IMG/VR virus record: IMGVR_UViG_3300031992_000076
Coordinates: 1 to 64,000 of that record
From: a virus
Taxonomy: Duplodnaviria > Caudoviricetes
Direction: 5' to 3' (one strand)
Length of the DNA: 64,000 nucleotides
Part shown: positions 27,364-38,289 of the stretch, piece by piece
Numbering within the stretch: position 1 is the first letter of the stretch
Layout: each line of letters opens with the position of its first letter
Program-made: the position numbers and the translations under genes
The notes under the pieces: model-generated
What the model was told of the DNA's origin: nothing
The model's database searches: none
The model's input: the letters and a program-made list of their open reading frames with translations, nothing else

Positions 27364-27660
27364 TTATTTCTCCTGATTTATTTCTTTATCAATTTGTCTT
27401 TGATCATGAGGCTTATAATTCATTCCTTTTCCATAAGACCCCTTACGCCTATAATTAGAATGACCTTTTCTCCAATTAGTTTTTTTAGAAGGTCCACCTT
27501 CTGCATTTAAAAAACTTCCATTTTCAAAATATCCATCTTCAGGCATCTCTATTTTTGGATTAATACTATCTTTTCGATACCACCAATAAAGTGATTTTAA
27601 TAAATTTTTTCTTTGTTTGATTTTTCGTTCTCGAAGTCTACGCCTTTCAGCTCTTTTCAT
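27364..27660 (-). CDS. Basic hypothetical protein, 98 aa
   Basis: Lys/Arg-rich ORF in the operon. Confidence 0.6.
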   Translation of the reverse strand: MKRAERRRLRERKIKQRKNLLKSLYWWYRKDSINPKIEMPEDGYFENGSFLNAEGGPSKKTNWRKGHSNYRRKGSYGKGMNYKPHDQRQIDKEINQEK

Positions 27661-27667
27661 TTTTTTA

Positions 27668-28846
27668 TTACCTCACTAAGACTAATTTATCCTCGGGTCT
27701 GGTGCAGCACGTATATAACCAGCGTTTATGCTCTTCACGATCGAATGGAAAATTTTCTTCTATTACCAATACTTTTGGAAACTGGGAACCTTGAGCTGCA
27801 TGCCCAGTTATTGCATAGCCATAAGTCGCTTGTCGAGGAAGAATATCTCCAATTTTGTTTCTTAATTTACCTAGTCTATATGAAACTCTCCAATCAACAC
27901 AAGGATTTTCATCTAATAAAAAGTCTTTATCTAAATTAATTGAAGAATACGTGCTACCTACTTCAGGAATAAAATCGCACATGATAGTAGGTATTCTATG
28001 CCTATCATTTTGAATATAATAAGGAATATTAATATAACTATTGTATATGTTATTCACTGTTCCTATAGTGCCATTCACTAGAGCGTCACCTTCATCATTT
28101 AGATCTTCCCAATAATTTCTTTTTATAATGAGTTTTTCTCCTGGCATCAGTTCACCACTAAAACCAAGTAATGAACGTACTTGATTATTAATATTATGTC
28201 GAGTAATATTAGTTGCAGTAATTATAGTATCTGCCCATAAGAGATGTCCAGTTACAAGTTCTTTCTTAGGGGTTACTATTACTTCCTTACCTTGCATATA
28301 AGGAATTTCTTCTCCATTACGAATTTTCATAGTTAACTGAATAATTTCTGATTCAGCAGCTTGTCGCATAATCTGGTCTAAAAATACATGCGGATGAGTT
28401 AAAAGATCATGAGATTCAGTCTTATCAATCATTGGAAGCTGGCCAGGATCTCCTAGGAATAAAATAAAAACTTTATGTTTTAGAAGCATATCTATCATTG
28501 ACTTAGGTACCATTGAACACTCATCTACAACTATAATTGTATAATCTAAACTCATTTTCGGTTTTCTGAAAAAACCTCCCCCTGGTCTAGGAATTGAATC
28601 ATAAAGTAGGCGATGAAGTGTCATAGCATTTTTATTTCCTTTTTTACGAAGAACCTCTGCAGCTTTACCTGTAAAAGTTGCATAAGCCACCTTATCTTCC
28701 TCTACATCCAGTGCCTCTATAATAAATTTGACTAGAGTCGTTTTACCTGTACCAGCATACCCCGAAATAACAACATATTTCTCATGATTTTTATATCTAG
28801 TTAAAGCTTCAGAAAGTCCAGCTTCCTGTTTTTCTGTTAATTGCAT
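27668..28846 (-). CDS. SF1B helicase (Dda/RecD2-like), 392 aa
   Basis: GYAGTGKTT, VVDECSM, GDPGQL, YAITGHAAQGSQF, WLYTCCTR. Confidence 0.9.
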   Translation of the reverse strand: MQLTEKQEAGLSEALTRYKNHEKYVVISGYAGTGKTTLVKFIIEALDVEEDKVAYATFTGKAAEVLRKKGNKNAMTLHRLLYDSIPRPGGGFFRKPKMSLDYTIIVVDECSMVPKSMIDMLLKHKVFILFLGDPGQLPMIDKTESHDLLTHPHVFLDQIMRQAAESEIIQLTMKIRNGEEIPYMQGKEVIVTPKKELVTGHLLWADTIITATNITRHNINNQVRSLLGFSGELMPGEKLIIKRNYWEDLNDEGDALVNGTIGTVNNIYNSYINIPYYIQNDRHRIPTIMCDFIPEVGSTYSSINLDKDFLLDENPCVDWRVSYRLGKLRNKIGDILPRQATYGYAITGHAAQGSQFPKVLVIEENFPFDREEHKRWLYTCCTRPEDKLVLVR

Positions 28847-28936
28847 TTTTTATTTTCCTCTTTATTTTTTCTCTATAATAATATTATAACATATTTTTTA
28901 AAAAAAGTAAAGTGAAGGTTTTTTAACCTTCACTTT

Positions 28937-30703
28937 TTAAAATACATAAGCCACTTTCTTTTTTATATTATAATCATTTATTAAAATTTGTGGATATTCA
29001 TTTCCATTCCAAGAATTTATATTACATTTACCAATAACATCAATAGTTACAGACCCGCTGTTTGAATATAAATTATCAAATTCTTCTTGCGGCATATTAA
29101 ATTTAATCATTGATACCCCATTTGGTAAGGTAATTTTAACTGTATTTGAAGCCATCATAACAATATTGTCTTTAGTAATTTCTACATTATGAACAGCTAC
29201 AAGAGGTTCATCTAAATCTTTACCAATATATTTATCAAATTTAGCTATATCTATGATATCTTGACCAAACATATCTGTAGGCTCCCAAACAAAATCTACA
29301 TAATATAATGGTTCATTGGGCATATCTTCTAATTGAGAATCTGTACTTTTAATAAATTCTTTTATTTTTTCGGCGGGAAGTCCTAAACCAAATGCTCCTT
29401 GGTGCCCAATTGTATAATCACAGACCTGGGTCGCTGCACATATATCTTTAAATTCTGTAATGCCAACTTTGTCACATCCACGCGCAGAACCTTGATAAGA
29501 AACTCGACCATCTTTATCTATTACTTTTGTAAGCATACAACAAGGTCGTTGATATCTAGCCATAAGTTTATTTGCAACTAATCCACGAATTTCTGCTTGA
29601 ATTTGATTTGGTTCAAGAAGAAATAAAAGAACTTTATGTTCCATCATATTATTATCTTTAATAAGATGCTTTACTAATTCAATTCCCGCCTCTTCTGAAC
29701 GCCCCTGTCTATTTTTTACATTAGTGCAAGTTCTTATTGCTTGGTCAACGAGTTTTTCTGTTTCTCCTAATTTATGTCCTCTTTTATTAGAAGGAATTAA
29801 TTGAAATGCTTTAAATTTAAGCATTGAATTAAATACTAATTCTTTTTCTTCTAATGTTCCGCTTCGAGTTATTGCGTTAACAAAAGGAACTATATAAAAA
29901 GTTTCACCCCATGCAGTTGGTGTATCACCTAATTTAAATTTATTTTTTTGCCACATTCCATATATAAATGGATTGATAATACCATTTGGTTCTAATCCTT
30001 TAGTAATTAGGCGGCGGGTTTCATATGATTTTAAAGACATCATATCCCCTACTAAGCCCAATGCTACTAAATCAAGATATTTATCTGCATAATTATTATT
30101 CCATATTTTATCCATATATCGACAGAACTGATATACTACTCCCACACCACTCAATTCTTTGTTTGGATACTGAGGAAGCTGGCTATTAATAAGAATGCAA
30201 TTAGGATATGCCTCGCCTTCAATTTCATGGTGGTCGAGAATAATAATTGCTCGTTTTTGTTCATGTAATCTTTGAAGTTCATTCCAATCATTACTTCCTG
30301 CATCTGGAATAATAACCAATTCAGCACCCATATCTTCAATCCAATCTATAGAATCTTGAAGTCCATGTTGTTTGCCTTCATGCATATACCAATGAACGTG
30401 CTCTTCTACCCAGGCGGGAGCTAGGTCATAGAGATAATTAATTAGAACTGCGGAACTTGTATACCCATCACAATCGCAGTCAACCACAATACATGTTTCC
30501 AAATTCCCGGTATAAGCTGCACGAACCGCGGCCGCCGCACATTCTAATAATTCTTTTCCAAATACCTCAGGAGGGTTAATATCATCATCTGTTAAATGTA
30601 TATAATGTTTTATTTCTTCTTTTGTTTTAAAACCTCTATTTACAAATATTTGTTCTTGTGCAGATAAAAGAGAATTTGGTGAATTTATTAATTTATATCT
30701 CAT
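28937..30703 (-). CDS. recJ: RecJ-like ssDNA exonuclease (DHH family), 588 aa
   Basis: DCDCDGYTS, PDAG, ILDHHE, LSGVGV, GDMM, GSARG, GHQGAFGL. Confidence 0.92.
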   Translation of the reverse strand: MRYKLINSPNSLLSAQEQIFVNRGFKTKEEIKHYIHLTDDDINPPEVFGKELLECAAAAVRAAYTGNLETCIVVDCDCDGYTSSAVLINYLYDLAPAWVEEHVHWYMHEGKQHGLQDSIDWIEDMGAELVIIPDAGSNDWNELQRLHEQKRAIIILDHHEIEGEAYPNCILINSQLPQYPNKELSGVGVVYQFCRYMDKIWNNNYADKYLDLVALGLVGDMMSLKSYETRRLITKGLEPNGIINPFIYGMWQKNKFKLGDTPTAWGETFYIVPFVNAITRSGTLEEKELVFNSMLKFKAFQLIPSNKRGHKLGETEKLVDQAIRTCTNVKNRQGRSEEAGIELVKHLIKDNNMMEHKVLLFLLEPNQIQAEIRGLVANKLMARYQRPCCMLTKVIDKDGRVSYQGSARGCDKVGITEFKDICAATQVCDYTIGHQGAFGLGLPAEKIKEFIKSTDSQLEDMPNEPLYYVDFVWEPTDMFGQDIIDIAKFDKYIGKDLDEPLVAVHNVEITKDNIVMMASNTVKITLPNGVSMIKFNMPQEEFDNLYSNSGSVTIDVIGKCNINSWNGNEYPQILINDYNIKKKVAYVF

Positions 30704-30963
30704 ACTATATCCACCTCACCAAATTTTAATCTATTGCAAACAGCAACAGGTATCCCATATATGGTTCTAAAATATTGACCTGCCTCTTTTACTTGTCTAT
30801 TGAATAAATTAGAAATGTGGGCATAAGATATTTCTATCTCTGCTTCTAAGGTATGTAAAGTATGTTCATTCATAACTATATATTGTATATTGTCTAAATC
30901 AGATTTATTTAAAATATCTTTAAGAGCATTAATATCTAGTTTTTTATTAATATTAATAAGCAT
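30700..30963 (-). CDS. Hypothetical protein, 87 aa
   Basis: Coupled ORF between primase and recJ. Confidence 0.6.
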   Translation of the reverse strand: MLININKKLDINALKDILNKSDLDNIQYIVMNEHTLHTLEAEIEISYAHISNLFNRQVKEAGQYFRTIYGIPVAVCNRLKFGEVDIV

Positions 30964-32087
30964 TATAAAAATATCCTTTCTTTAAATAATTGTAAAAATA
31001 TCTCTGGGGTTCTATCTATGGGAGCATCTTTATAACCTAAAAGATTACTTTTATCAAACATAAAACTTATTTTAGTATACTTACTAAATCTTTTATGTAT
31101 TCCTTTTAAATTTTTAATTAATTTATTAAATTCATCATCTCCAGGTTGTTGAAATTGTTTATCAAGAGCAATAACAATTTCTTCTACTCCTAATTGAATT
31201 AAAAGCCAAGCTTGATAATTTATAAATGAACTTCCGCAAATAGCTACTGAAAGGTCATTATTTTGTCCAAAATATGAAGCGTACTTAAGACAACTTTTTT
31301 CAGATTCAAATACGAAAGCTTTTTTCATACGAGAAATATTATCTTTACTCCAATTTAAATTATAAAGATTAAATCCCAAAGGATGATTATACATCTTCCC
31401 GCTTATTCTAGCTGGCATATATTTACCATAATTTTCAGCCTGCTCTTGTATTAAGGTTCTTTCTCTAATTCCTATTAATCGACCATTAATATCATAATGT
31501 GGAATAACTATTCCTTGACTTTTAGGATTATAACAAATATTATGAGAATCCATTATTTCTTTTTTAATTCCTTCTTGTTCCCACCCTATTAATCTAGGAT
31601 GAGGAAGATTTTTTAAAAAATATCCTTCATATTCTTTTAATTCAATTTTTTGTGTTTCTATATCTATATTTTTTATTCTATCATAATTTTTAAATAAAGT
31701 CAAGTCCTCTTTAATAGATAGCTCATTTTCTTCAACAATAGCATTTGGTGAATAACCAAATTTTCTAGCTATGTAATCTATTGCTTCTGGAAGATTCCAT
31801 TCACTATCTTCGCGGGGTTTAGGATGTTCTCTACTCATTACCTTGCGAGTAAGTTCAAAAATATCAAATGTAGGCTCTGCACATCCAGTATAGCAATGGA
31901 ATAATCCAGTATTTTGATAATAATATAACTTATGTGAGCCCTCTCCTGCATGATTATGGCATATTGTTTGAGCTACAATAATCCCATTTTTACGAATGGG
32001 TTCTGCATTAAATTCAGTTAAAATTAATTCTATATCATCCAAAGATAAATTTTCTTTAATTTCATCTTTGTTATAAGAATATTCCAT
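30963..32087 (-). CDS. dnaG: DNA primase (Zn-binding plus TOPRIM), 374 aa
   Basis: TICHN…FHCYTGC; IVIPHYD..G.LIGIR.R; FVFESEKS; IVIALD; DAPID. Confidence 0.88.
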   Translation of the reverse strand: MEYSYNKDEIKENLSLDDIELILTEFNAEPIRKNGIIVAQTICHNHAGEGSHKLYYYQNTGLFHCYTGCAEPTFDIFELTRKVMSREHPKPREDSEWNLPEAIDYIARKFGYSPNAIVEENELSIKEDLTLFKNYDRIKNIDIETQKIELKEYEGYFLKNLPHPRLIGWEQEGIKKEIMDSHNICYNPKSQGIVIPHYDINGRLIGIRERTLIQEQAENYGKYMPARISGKMYNHPLGFNLYNLNWSKDNISRMKKAFVFESEKSCLKYASYFGQNNDLSVAICGSSFINYQAWLLIQLGVEEIVIALDKQFQQPGDDEFNKLIKNLKGIHKRFSKYTKISFMFDKSNLLGYKDAPIDRTPEIFLQLFKERIFL

Positions 32088-32108
32088 TTATAATAAAACT
32101 CCTTGTTA

Positions 32109-33644
32109 TTAAAATGCTGAAGCATCTTGAATTCGTATTTTTAAATCTTCCATGTCTATAAGTTCATAATTCCATTTTGTTACAAATTGAGGCTCTATTC
32201 TACAAATTCCTCTGTTTGCTTTAGCCCAAAGATAAATATTTTTCCATCTACCTCGCCTATTTTTATAAACAGAAATTTTTATATCAGGCATTTCTATTCC
32301 AAGTTTTTTTACCATTGGAGCAAGGGCCTCTTTGTCTTTATTGGTTGTTTCTAGCATAATCATACCTAAATCTATTTTATCAGCAATACTTTTTGCTCCT
32401 CTTAAAAGATTTTGATCTGGAGTTTCTGATTCTGTATAATCAGCATTTAATTGTGTTGCAGACATAATAAAAATTCCATATTGATTACATAAATCTTTAA
32501 GTCTAATAGACATCATAAAAAGAATATTATCTTCTCTAAGCCTAACTCCGCCGCTCCTTTTCGTTATTTCTTCAAGAATTTTCATTGATGTATGAATATA
32601 ATCAAGAAAAATGTATTTTAATCCATGTTCACGAATTCCTCTAATAATTGTATTCTCAATATCCTTTAAAGAAAAATCAGGTAATGATTCAAAATAAATT
32701 GGACTTTGTTTTAAAATTTGAGCTGCTTTTTGAACTCTCTCCCATTCCCCCGAAAAATATTCTCCATCAAGAATATGTTGCTCATCTACTCCAGAAATAA
32801 ATGCAATCATCATAGTTTGAACTTCACTTAAATCTTGCTCTGTAGCAATATACATAACAGGTTCTGATTTACCAATACTAATCCATTTATTAGTTTCTAA
32901 ATCATACATTTGAAAACAGCCTATATAACATACATCTGCTGCAATTGCACGAGATTTACCAACACCAGTAGCTGCAGAACGAATATAAAATTTCTTAAGT
33001 CTAGCTCCGCGAGTAACTGTATTCATATATTTTCCAAAAAGAGGGTACCCAATTTCTGGAGTTTCTTTTAATGATTCTAGGAGCTCTTCAACTCCCTCTC
33101 CAGCCTGAGTTCCACAAATTAAACTATTATCTATACATTGAGCTTTAATTTCAATGATTTTATCATCAATTAAATTTGCAATTTCTACAAGAGAAGAATT
33201 GTCTAACCATTCCTCTTGTTCTTGTTTTTTCTTACTATCAAAAATATTATCTGGGTCATAAATCCATGATAAATCCATTCCCGCCGTTTCTTGATATGCT
33301 CTAAGCAAAGACATTTTTTTCATTCTATTATAATAATATTCAAAAGTAGATAATGATGCGGTTTCCGCGCATTTTAAAATATATTCTCCACCTTTATTAC
33401 TATCATATAGTGCCTTTTTCTTTGGGCGGGAAGCGAGATAGTCCTCTATTGCATTTAAATTAATTTCTGATGCACCTAATTGATGTAAATTAAAAATTGC
33501 ACCAAAAACAGTTTTATGAAAATCATCTACAAAATCATTTTCATTAAAAAAATATTTATCAGTTGCATCTAATAAATTAGGATTATTATATACATTTCCT
33601 ATTGTATTTGTTAAAGATGCAATATCTACATACTTACTTGTCAT
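32109..33644 (-). CDS. dnaB: DnaB-like replicative helicase, 511 aa
   Basis: RSAATGVGKSR, YIATEQ, IFLDYI, SATQLN, LRGAKSIADKID, KNRRG. Confidence 0.9.
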   Translation of the reverse strand: MTSKYVDIASLTNTIGNVYNNPNLLDATDKYFFNENDFVDDFHKTVFGAIFNLHQLGASEINLNAIEDYLASRPKKKALYDSNKGGEYILKCAETASLSTFEYYYNRMKKMSLLRAYQETAGMDLSWIYDPDNIFDSKKKQEQEEWLDNSSLVEIANLIDDKIIEIKAQCIDNSLICGTQAGEGVEELLESLKETPEIGYPLFGKYMNTVTRGARLKKFYIRSAATGVGKSRAIAADVCYIGCFQMYDLETNKWISIGKSEPVMYIATEQDLSEVQTMMIAFISGVDEQHILDGEYFSGEWERVQKAAQILKQSPIYFESLPDFSLKDIENTIIRGIREHGLKYIFLDYIHTSMKILEEITKRSGGVRLREDNILFMMSIRLKDLCNQYGIFIMSATQLNADYTESETPDQNLLRGAKSIADKIDLGMIMLETTNKDKEALAPMVKKLGIEMPDIKISVYKNRRGRWKNIYLWAKANRGICRIEPQFVTKWNYELIDMEDLKIRIQDASAF

Positions 33645-34168
33645 TACTCTACCTCATCATCTAAATTAAATAATCTTTTAGGTATTTTAATTTCTGGAGG
33701 CGGAATAACAACCTCTTTTACCTTTGTTACAAAATTTTGAATATCTTTATTTTCATTCTGTGATTGAGCTATAAATAAACTATAATAATAATTAAAAGCA
33801 TCTTGATAAACAAAAGGAACAATACCTAAAGCTCCATTTGCTTTATCTATGGAATTACCTTTTACTTCAAAAAAGTAAATTAAACTTTTCATTATTCCAG
33901 AGTAAGAATAATGATTTTCAGTTGTATATATTTTAAGTTGACGTTTTATTTGTGCCCAATTAGCAGATTTGCCAAATAATTTATTAATATAATCATTTAG
34001 TTTAATTAAATCTTTATCTTCCTGTTTTTCATCTACTAATGGAACAAAATCAGTATTGTTTGGATCGCATATAGCATGTGCATATCTGCGGGCGCCGGTT
34101 CTTACTGCTTGAATCTTGTCTCGATTAAATTGTTTCCCGCATTTTGTACATATGACTAGATGAGCCAT
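33644..34168 (-). CDS. Replication-associated protein with N-terminal Zn-finger (possible helicase loader), 174 aa
   Basis: CTKC…HAIC; directly upstream of dnaB. Confidence 0.5.
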   Translation of the reverse strand: MAHLVICTKCGKQFNRDKIQAVRTGARRYAHAICDPNNTDFVPLVDEKQEDKDLIKLNDYINKLFGKSANWAQIKRQLKIYTTENHYSYSGIMKSLIYFFEVKGNSIDKANGALGIVPFVYQDAFNYYYSLFIAQSQNENKDIQNFVTKVKEVVIPPPEIKIPKRLFNLDDEVE

Positions 34169-34270
34169 TTCTTATCAATCCTTTCTTTTCATATATAATA
34201 ATTATAACATATTTTTTAATAAAAGTCAAGCGGAAGATGTATAGCACCTTCCGCTCTATGAAAATTTTAT

Positions 34271-35302
34271 TTACTTATTTTTAATTAAATCCTGTAAATC
34301 AGTAACTACTAAACTTACAGCTTCTACTTGGTCTCTTGTAGCATCTTTCATGCGGTGCCCTTTGCCTAAATAACTTTCAATAATTTGAGAAATTCTAGGC
34401 TGCCAATATTCTTTAAATTTCTGACCATCTTCTGTTTCTGCGGTCATATCGCTAGATCCAGGAATATTTGCTACAATATCATTAAATTCCTGCATTAAAG
34501 TATCAAAATCAAGACTAGAAGTTGTATCAAGATGTACATTTTCTCTTTTATCTGTAAAAAGCTCTGCCCCATCTTCTGCCATTTGTTTATCAAGAGCATC
34601 CCCAATAGCTTTTACAAGATTATCATAACTTAAGTCGATATAATCAGGAGTATACTTAAAGCGGGAGCCAGCTTCATAGCGGGAAGTCCCTCGCATAAAC
34701 ATAACTACTTTTTCATTACCAGATTCATCTGTTACTGAACGAGTATACCCAATAATATCACACATTCTAGCTAAAACATTATTTGCTCTTTTGTCAAGTG
34801 TAGGAACAATTTTATTATACTGTTTTCCACTTTCATCTGTAAAAGTTTTATCTGTTTCATGAGAAATAACTACAAGACCATATCCCATCTGGACAATCTG
34901 ACGAAGACTTTCATCAAATTCTTTCTCTACAAGCCCATAGCCTTTACCATATCCAATATCAGAAATAGTATCAGCATTATTATTTGCACAGATATACTTA
35001 CTACAATAATCATAAGCAATGTCTGCGGTATCTATAATAATTGTTTCAAACATCTGTTTAGCTTTTTCTTCTTTTAACTGACGAAGAACCTGTTTAAATT
35101 CAGACCAGCTATTAATAGGCTGAGCCATTGCTCCAGGAATAGCAGAATAACCCTTTTCAAAAGCTAAAAGAAAATGCTTAGGGAACTTAACTGCAGTGGT
35201 AGTTTTACCAGTTTTCCATCCTCCATAAAGGAATACTGAATATCCTCTCATATCTCGGCTAACCTGGTGAGGAGCTACACTAAAAATATCTATTGAACCC
35301 AT
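34271..35302 (-). CDS. AAA_24/Sak4-like ATPase (ssDNA-annealing recombinase), 343 aa
   Basis: YGGWKTGKTT, IIIDTAD, VVISHE, CDIIGY, AGSRF. Confidence 0.8.
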   Translation of the reverse strand: MGSIDIFSVAPHQVSRDMRGYSVFLYGGWKTGKTTTAVKFPKHFLLAFEKGYSAIPGAMAQPINSWSEFKQVLRQLKEEKAKQMFETIIIDTADIAYDYCSKYICANNNADTISDIGYGKGYGLVEKEFDESLRQIVQMGYGLVVISHETDKTFTDESGKQYNKIVPTLDKRANNVLARMCDIIGYTRSVTDESGNEKVVMFMRGTSRYEAGSRFKYTPDYIDLSYDNLVKAIGDALDKQMAEDGAELFTDKRENVHLDTTSSLDFDTLMQEFNDIVANIPGSSDMTAETEDGQKFKEYWQPRISQIIESYLGKGHRMKDATRDQVEAVSLVVTDLQDLIKNK

Positions 35303-35439
35303 TATACTAAATCTCCTTTTAAAAAATTCTAAACTAATTTTAAAATCTTGATTGCGATCAAAATCGCCCCACTAAACTAATTCTTTATTAATTTAAAACA
35401 TAGAGGAGAAAACCCCTCTATGCTATTTATTTAAATTAA

Positions 35440-36390
35440 TTAGAAATTAAATCCACCAGCTGCAGCGGGTGCAGAAGCTACACTAGAAGCACTTCCCGCA
35501 TTCTTACTTGCCTGATATTCATCCTGTCTCTTCTTTACATCAGCAAGATAAACTTCTCTATCAGCCATAGCCTTCTTTACTTCATCGAGAGTAATACCAT
35601 TTTCACTATCGCCAATTTCATAAACAGCATCGGGCTTTGATGTTCCAGTAATGACCCATTCACGAATAGTTCTTGTATACTCTTTTACTGCAGGCTCACC
35701 AAAAGCGGACTCTTCTTCTGTACGAGTTACGATTGTCTGGCTATTGATATTACCCCAAACCTTTGTAAATACAAGATTCTGAGGAGATACATCAAGAGAT
35801 TCAAAATATTTCATACCACCTTCAGATTTAACAATAAATTCAACAGGAAGAATTGCATTATTAAATGCAAATACAGCGCCCTTAAGAACTACATAATCTT
35901 TTTCAATATGTCTTTCTTCATCTGCTTCAACGTGTTTTACTCCATTAATAAGCATATCCATTTCAAATTTATTACGCTCATCATCAAGAGAAGAAACAAT
36001 AGTTACAAACCCACCATTGCATCTCTTTGCTGAAACAAGAGTTTCTTCACCATTCCTATTTGTATAGAAATCATTAAGAGCAAGCGCGGTATCAACCTTT
36101 ACCATCATAGCAGAATCCTTACCATCAGCAAGAATAGTCTTACCATTATCAATAATATTCTTTAAAGCAGAATAAGTAGAATTTACCTTACCAGTCTTAG
36201 TTGTAGGCTGTACAAATGTAAAATTAACTGTAATAATATTAAGGCAATCATCATCAGTTGCTACATCAAGAGTTCCACCAATATACTCTTTACCAAAATT
36301 ATCAGAGGCGGAGTTCTGTACTGTTTTTACTGCAAGTGAATGATCATAAACTCTTCCACAAACTTTAATTCTGTTTAATGCTTTTCTCAT
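35440..36390 (-). CDS. Putative single-stranded DNA-binding protein, 316 aa
   Basis: Two OB-like beta regions; flexible C-terminal tail ending in aromatic residues (…GGFNF); next to the Sak4-like gene. Confidence 0.6.
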   Translation of the reverse strand: MRKALNRIKVCGRVYDHSLAVKTVQNSASDNFGKEYIGGTLDVATDDDCLNIITVNFTFVQPTTKTGKVNSTYSALKNIIDNGKTILADGKDSAMMVKVDTALALNDFYTNRNGEETLVSAKRCNGGFVTIVSSLDDERNKFEMDMLINGVKHVEADEERHIEKDYVVLKGAVFAFNNAILPVEFIVKSEGGMKYFESLDVSPQNLVFTKVWGNINSQTIVTRTEEESAFGEPAVKEYTRTIREWVITGTSKPDAVYEIGDSENGITLDEVKKAMADREVYLADVKKRQDEYQASKNAGSASSVASAPAAAGGFNF

Positions 36391-36474
36391 TTTTTGTCCT
36401 CATTCTTTCTTTTGTAATTTTTATTTTTAAACTATAATAATATTATATCAAAAATTTTGAAAAAAGTCAAGATA

Positions 36475-36837
36475 TTATACTTCTTCAAGACTAGTCTCTG
36501 CGCCCTTTTGAGTTAAGCTATAAATAACAGGATTTTCACCTATTTTTTCTACATAACCATCTGTAACCAATTTTCTTAATGCACCAGACACAGTTCTTGA
36601 AGAAATACCAAGACCTTCTCCAATATTTTTTGCTTTAAAAAGATTATTATATAAATCTTTATTGCTCTGAATATATTTTAAAACTATTTTACCATTATTA
36701 GTAAATGCAGGCTTTTCTTTATCTCCTGTTGCATTTAATCCATTCCAATAATCAAGAGCATCCTGAGAGAAAACTTTTTCAGGTGCATCTCCAGTTAAAG
36801 CTAATACTTCATTAATAAAAATTTCTTTTTTACTCAT
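36475..36837 (-). CDS. Winged-helix DNA-binding protein, 120 aa
   Basis: 'AKNIGEGLGISSRTVSGALRKLVTDGYVEK…YSLT' wHTH. Confidence 0.75.
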   Translation of the reverse strand: MSKKEIFINEVLALTGDAPEKVFSQDALDYWNGLNATGDKEKPAFTNNGKIVLKYIQSNKDLYNNLFKAKNIGEGLGISSRTVSGALRKLVTDGYVEKIGENPVIYSLTQKGAETSLEEV

Positions 36838-36909
36838 TATTTTTCTCCTACTAAAATATTAAAACATTTTTACTTTTCATCTTATATTTTTATTATATCA
36901 TAATTTTTA

Positions 36910-37638
36910 TTAATTGTCAAATAGTAGAAGCTCATTGGCATAGGGAAGTGCGGAGGCCCAGTCTATAAACTGTTTCCACTCAGATAATTTATGTCCCTTT
37001 CGCCAATGTATAATATTACGAAGGACTGCATAATTAGCTGTCCACGTTCTAGTCTGAAGCCAAGACTCTGGAAGTATACGAATAAGCTCTTTCCAATATT
37101 TCATATCTTTAGTTTCAAGATATCTTTGACGGAGTGTCTCACAATAGCAGATAATGTTGTCCCACATATCATCTACATAATCATCAATATTATAAGGTTC
37201 TCTATCATATAATTTAAGATTACCATTATAATCATCCATTTCAAAACACTCTTTTGTTATTGGTGTAGATGCTAACTTATGCATAGTTGAAGTAGAATTG
37301 GCTGTAGTCCCAATCTTATAAGTATCTAGCTCTTTCCAAAGATAGAGCGGAGCTGTAATATCAACAGACACAAAAATTTGACGAAGAAATTTATCATTAG
37401 GACTTCCCGCCTTAATCATTCTTTGAGCCAAATCCATATCATTAGGACCTATACCAAGAAATTTTGCATTCTGGCTATCTATTTCTATAGCCTGATTCCC
37501 GCAAAGAGCTTCATTTGTAGGCGTATCATCATACCATAAAGTATCTCCTTTAGCATAGCTCTCAAATGGATGGCGGAGTCCGTGAAATGCATTCTCCCAG
37601 TTATATGTTGCTGTTCGTTCAAATTTCATTTTATACAA
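36910..37638 (-). CDS. ThyX/Thy1-like flavoprotein (divergent), 242 aa
   Basis: KFLRQIFVSVDITAPLYLWKELDTY…NSTSTMH…LPESWLQ.R…NY..L..I…R..HKL.EW. Confidence 0.65.
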   Translation of the reverse strand: MYKMKFERTATYNWENAFHGLRHPFESYAKGDTLWYDDTPTNEALCGNQAIEIDSQNAKFLGIGPNDMDLAQRMIKAGSPNDKFLRQIFVSVDITAPLYLWKELDTYKIGTTANSTSTMHKLASTPITKECFEMDDYNGNLKLYDREPYNIDDYVDDMWDNIICYCETLRQRYLETKDMKYWKELIRILPESWLQTRTWTANYAVLRNIIHWRKGHKLSEWKQFIDWASALPYANELLLFDN

Positions 37639-38275
37639 GCTCCTTTAAAATTTCATCTACAAAGCCTTCTGTAATACCATCTTCAGCAGTATACCAAATA
37701 TCGTCTTTGCGAATATCCTGATATTGTGCTTCTGTAATATTTGTATTTGCCAAAGTTATTTCCTTAAGATGATTAAGCATTCTTTTATAAAAAGCGGTAT
37801 AGTTTTCAAATTGCCCACTTGTTCCACCATTTTGTGTTGAACCTTCATGGAATAAGAATGAAGCATGAGGATACGCAAATCGCTTATGCCCAGAAATGAA
37901 AGTAAAAAATCCACCTGAGTATGCGCATCCAACAGCAATAGTCCAAACTGGTGTTTTACTCATTTTAATGGCATCAATAATGGTAAAAGTATCTGTTAAA
38001 GAACCGCCGCAAGAATCAATATAAATTTTAATTGGTTTTCTTTCATTTACAGGTATATTGTGATCATCATCATATTGATTCCAAAATCTAATATATCCAT
38101 CAATAGAAGAACCTGTCCCAGATTTAATATCATAAAGATATACTTCTCTATGAAGCGCACCATCTAAATTAAGAACATCTTCAAATGTTTTTGTATCTTC
38201 TTTTAAATTTTCTGAAAGTATGTCTAATAAATCATCCAAAGGGATTTCAAATTTTTGTGTATCATAATCAACCAT
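37631..38275 (-). CDS. clpP: ClpP-like protease subunit, 214 aa
   Basis: PIKIYIDSCGGS, GCAYSGG (Ser), H.SFLFHEG (His), D.WYTAE. Confidence 0.85.
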   Translation of the reverse strand: MVDYDTQKFEIPLDDLLDILSENLKEDTKTFEDVLNLDGALHREVYLYDIKSGTGSSIDGYIRFWNQYDDDHNIPVNERKPIKIYIDSCGGSLTDTFTIIDAIKMSKTPVWTIAVGCAYSGGFFTFISGHKRFAYPHASFLFHEGSTQNGGTSGQFENYTAFYKRMLNHLKEITLANTNITEAQYQDIRKDDIWYTAEDGITEGFVDEILKELV

Positions 38276-38289
38276 TATATTTTCTCCTT

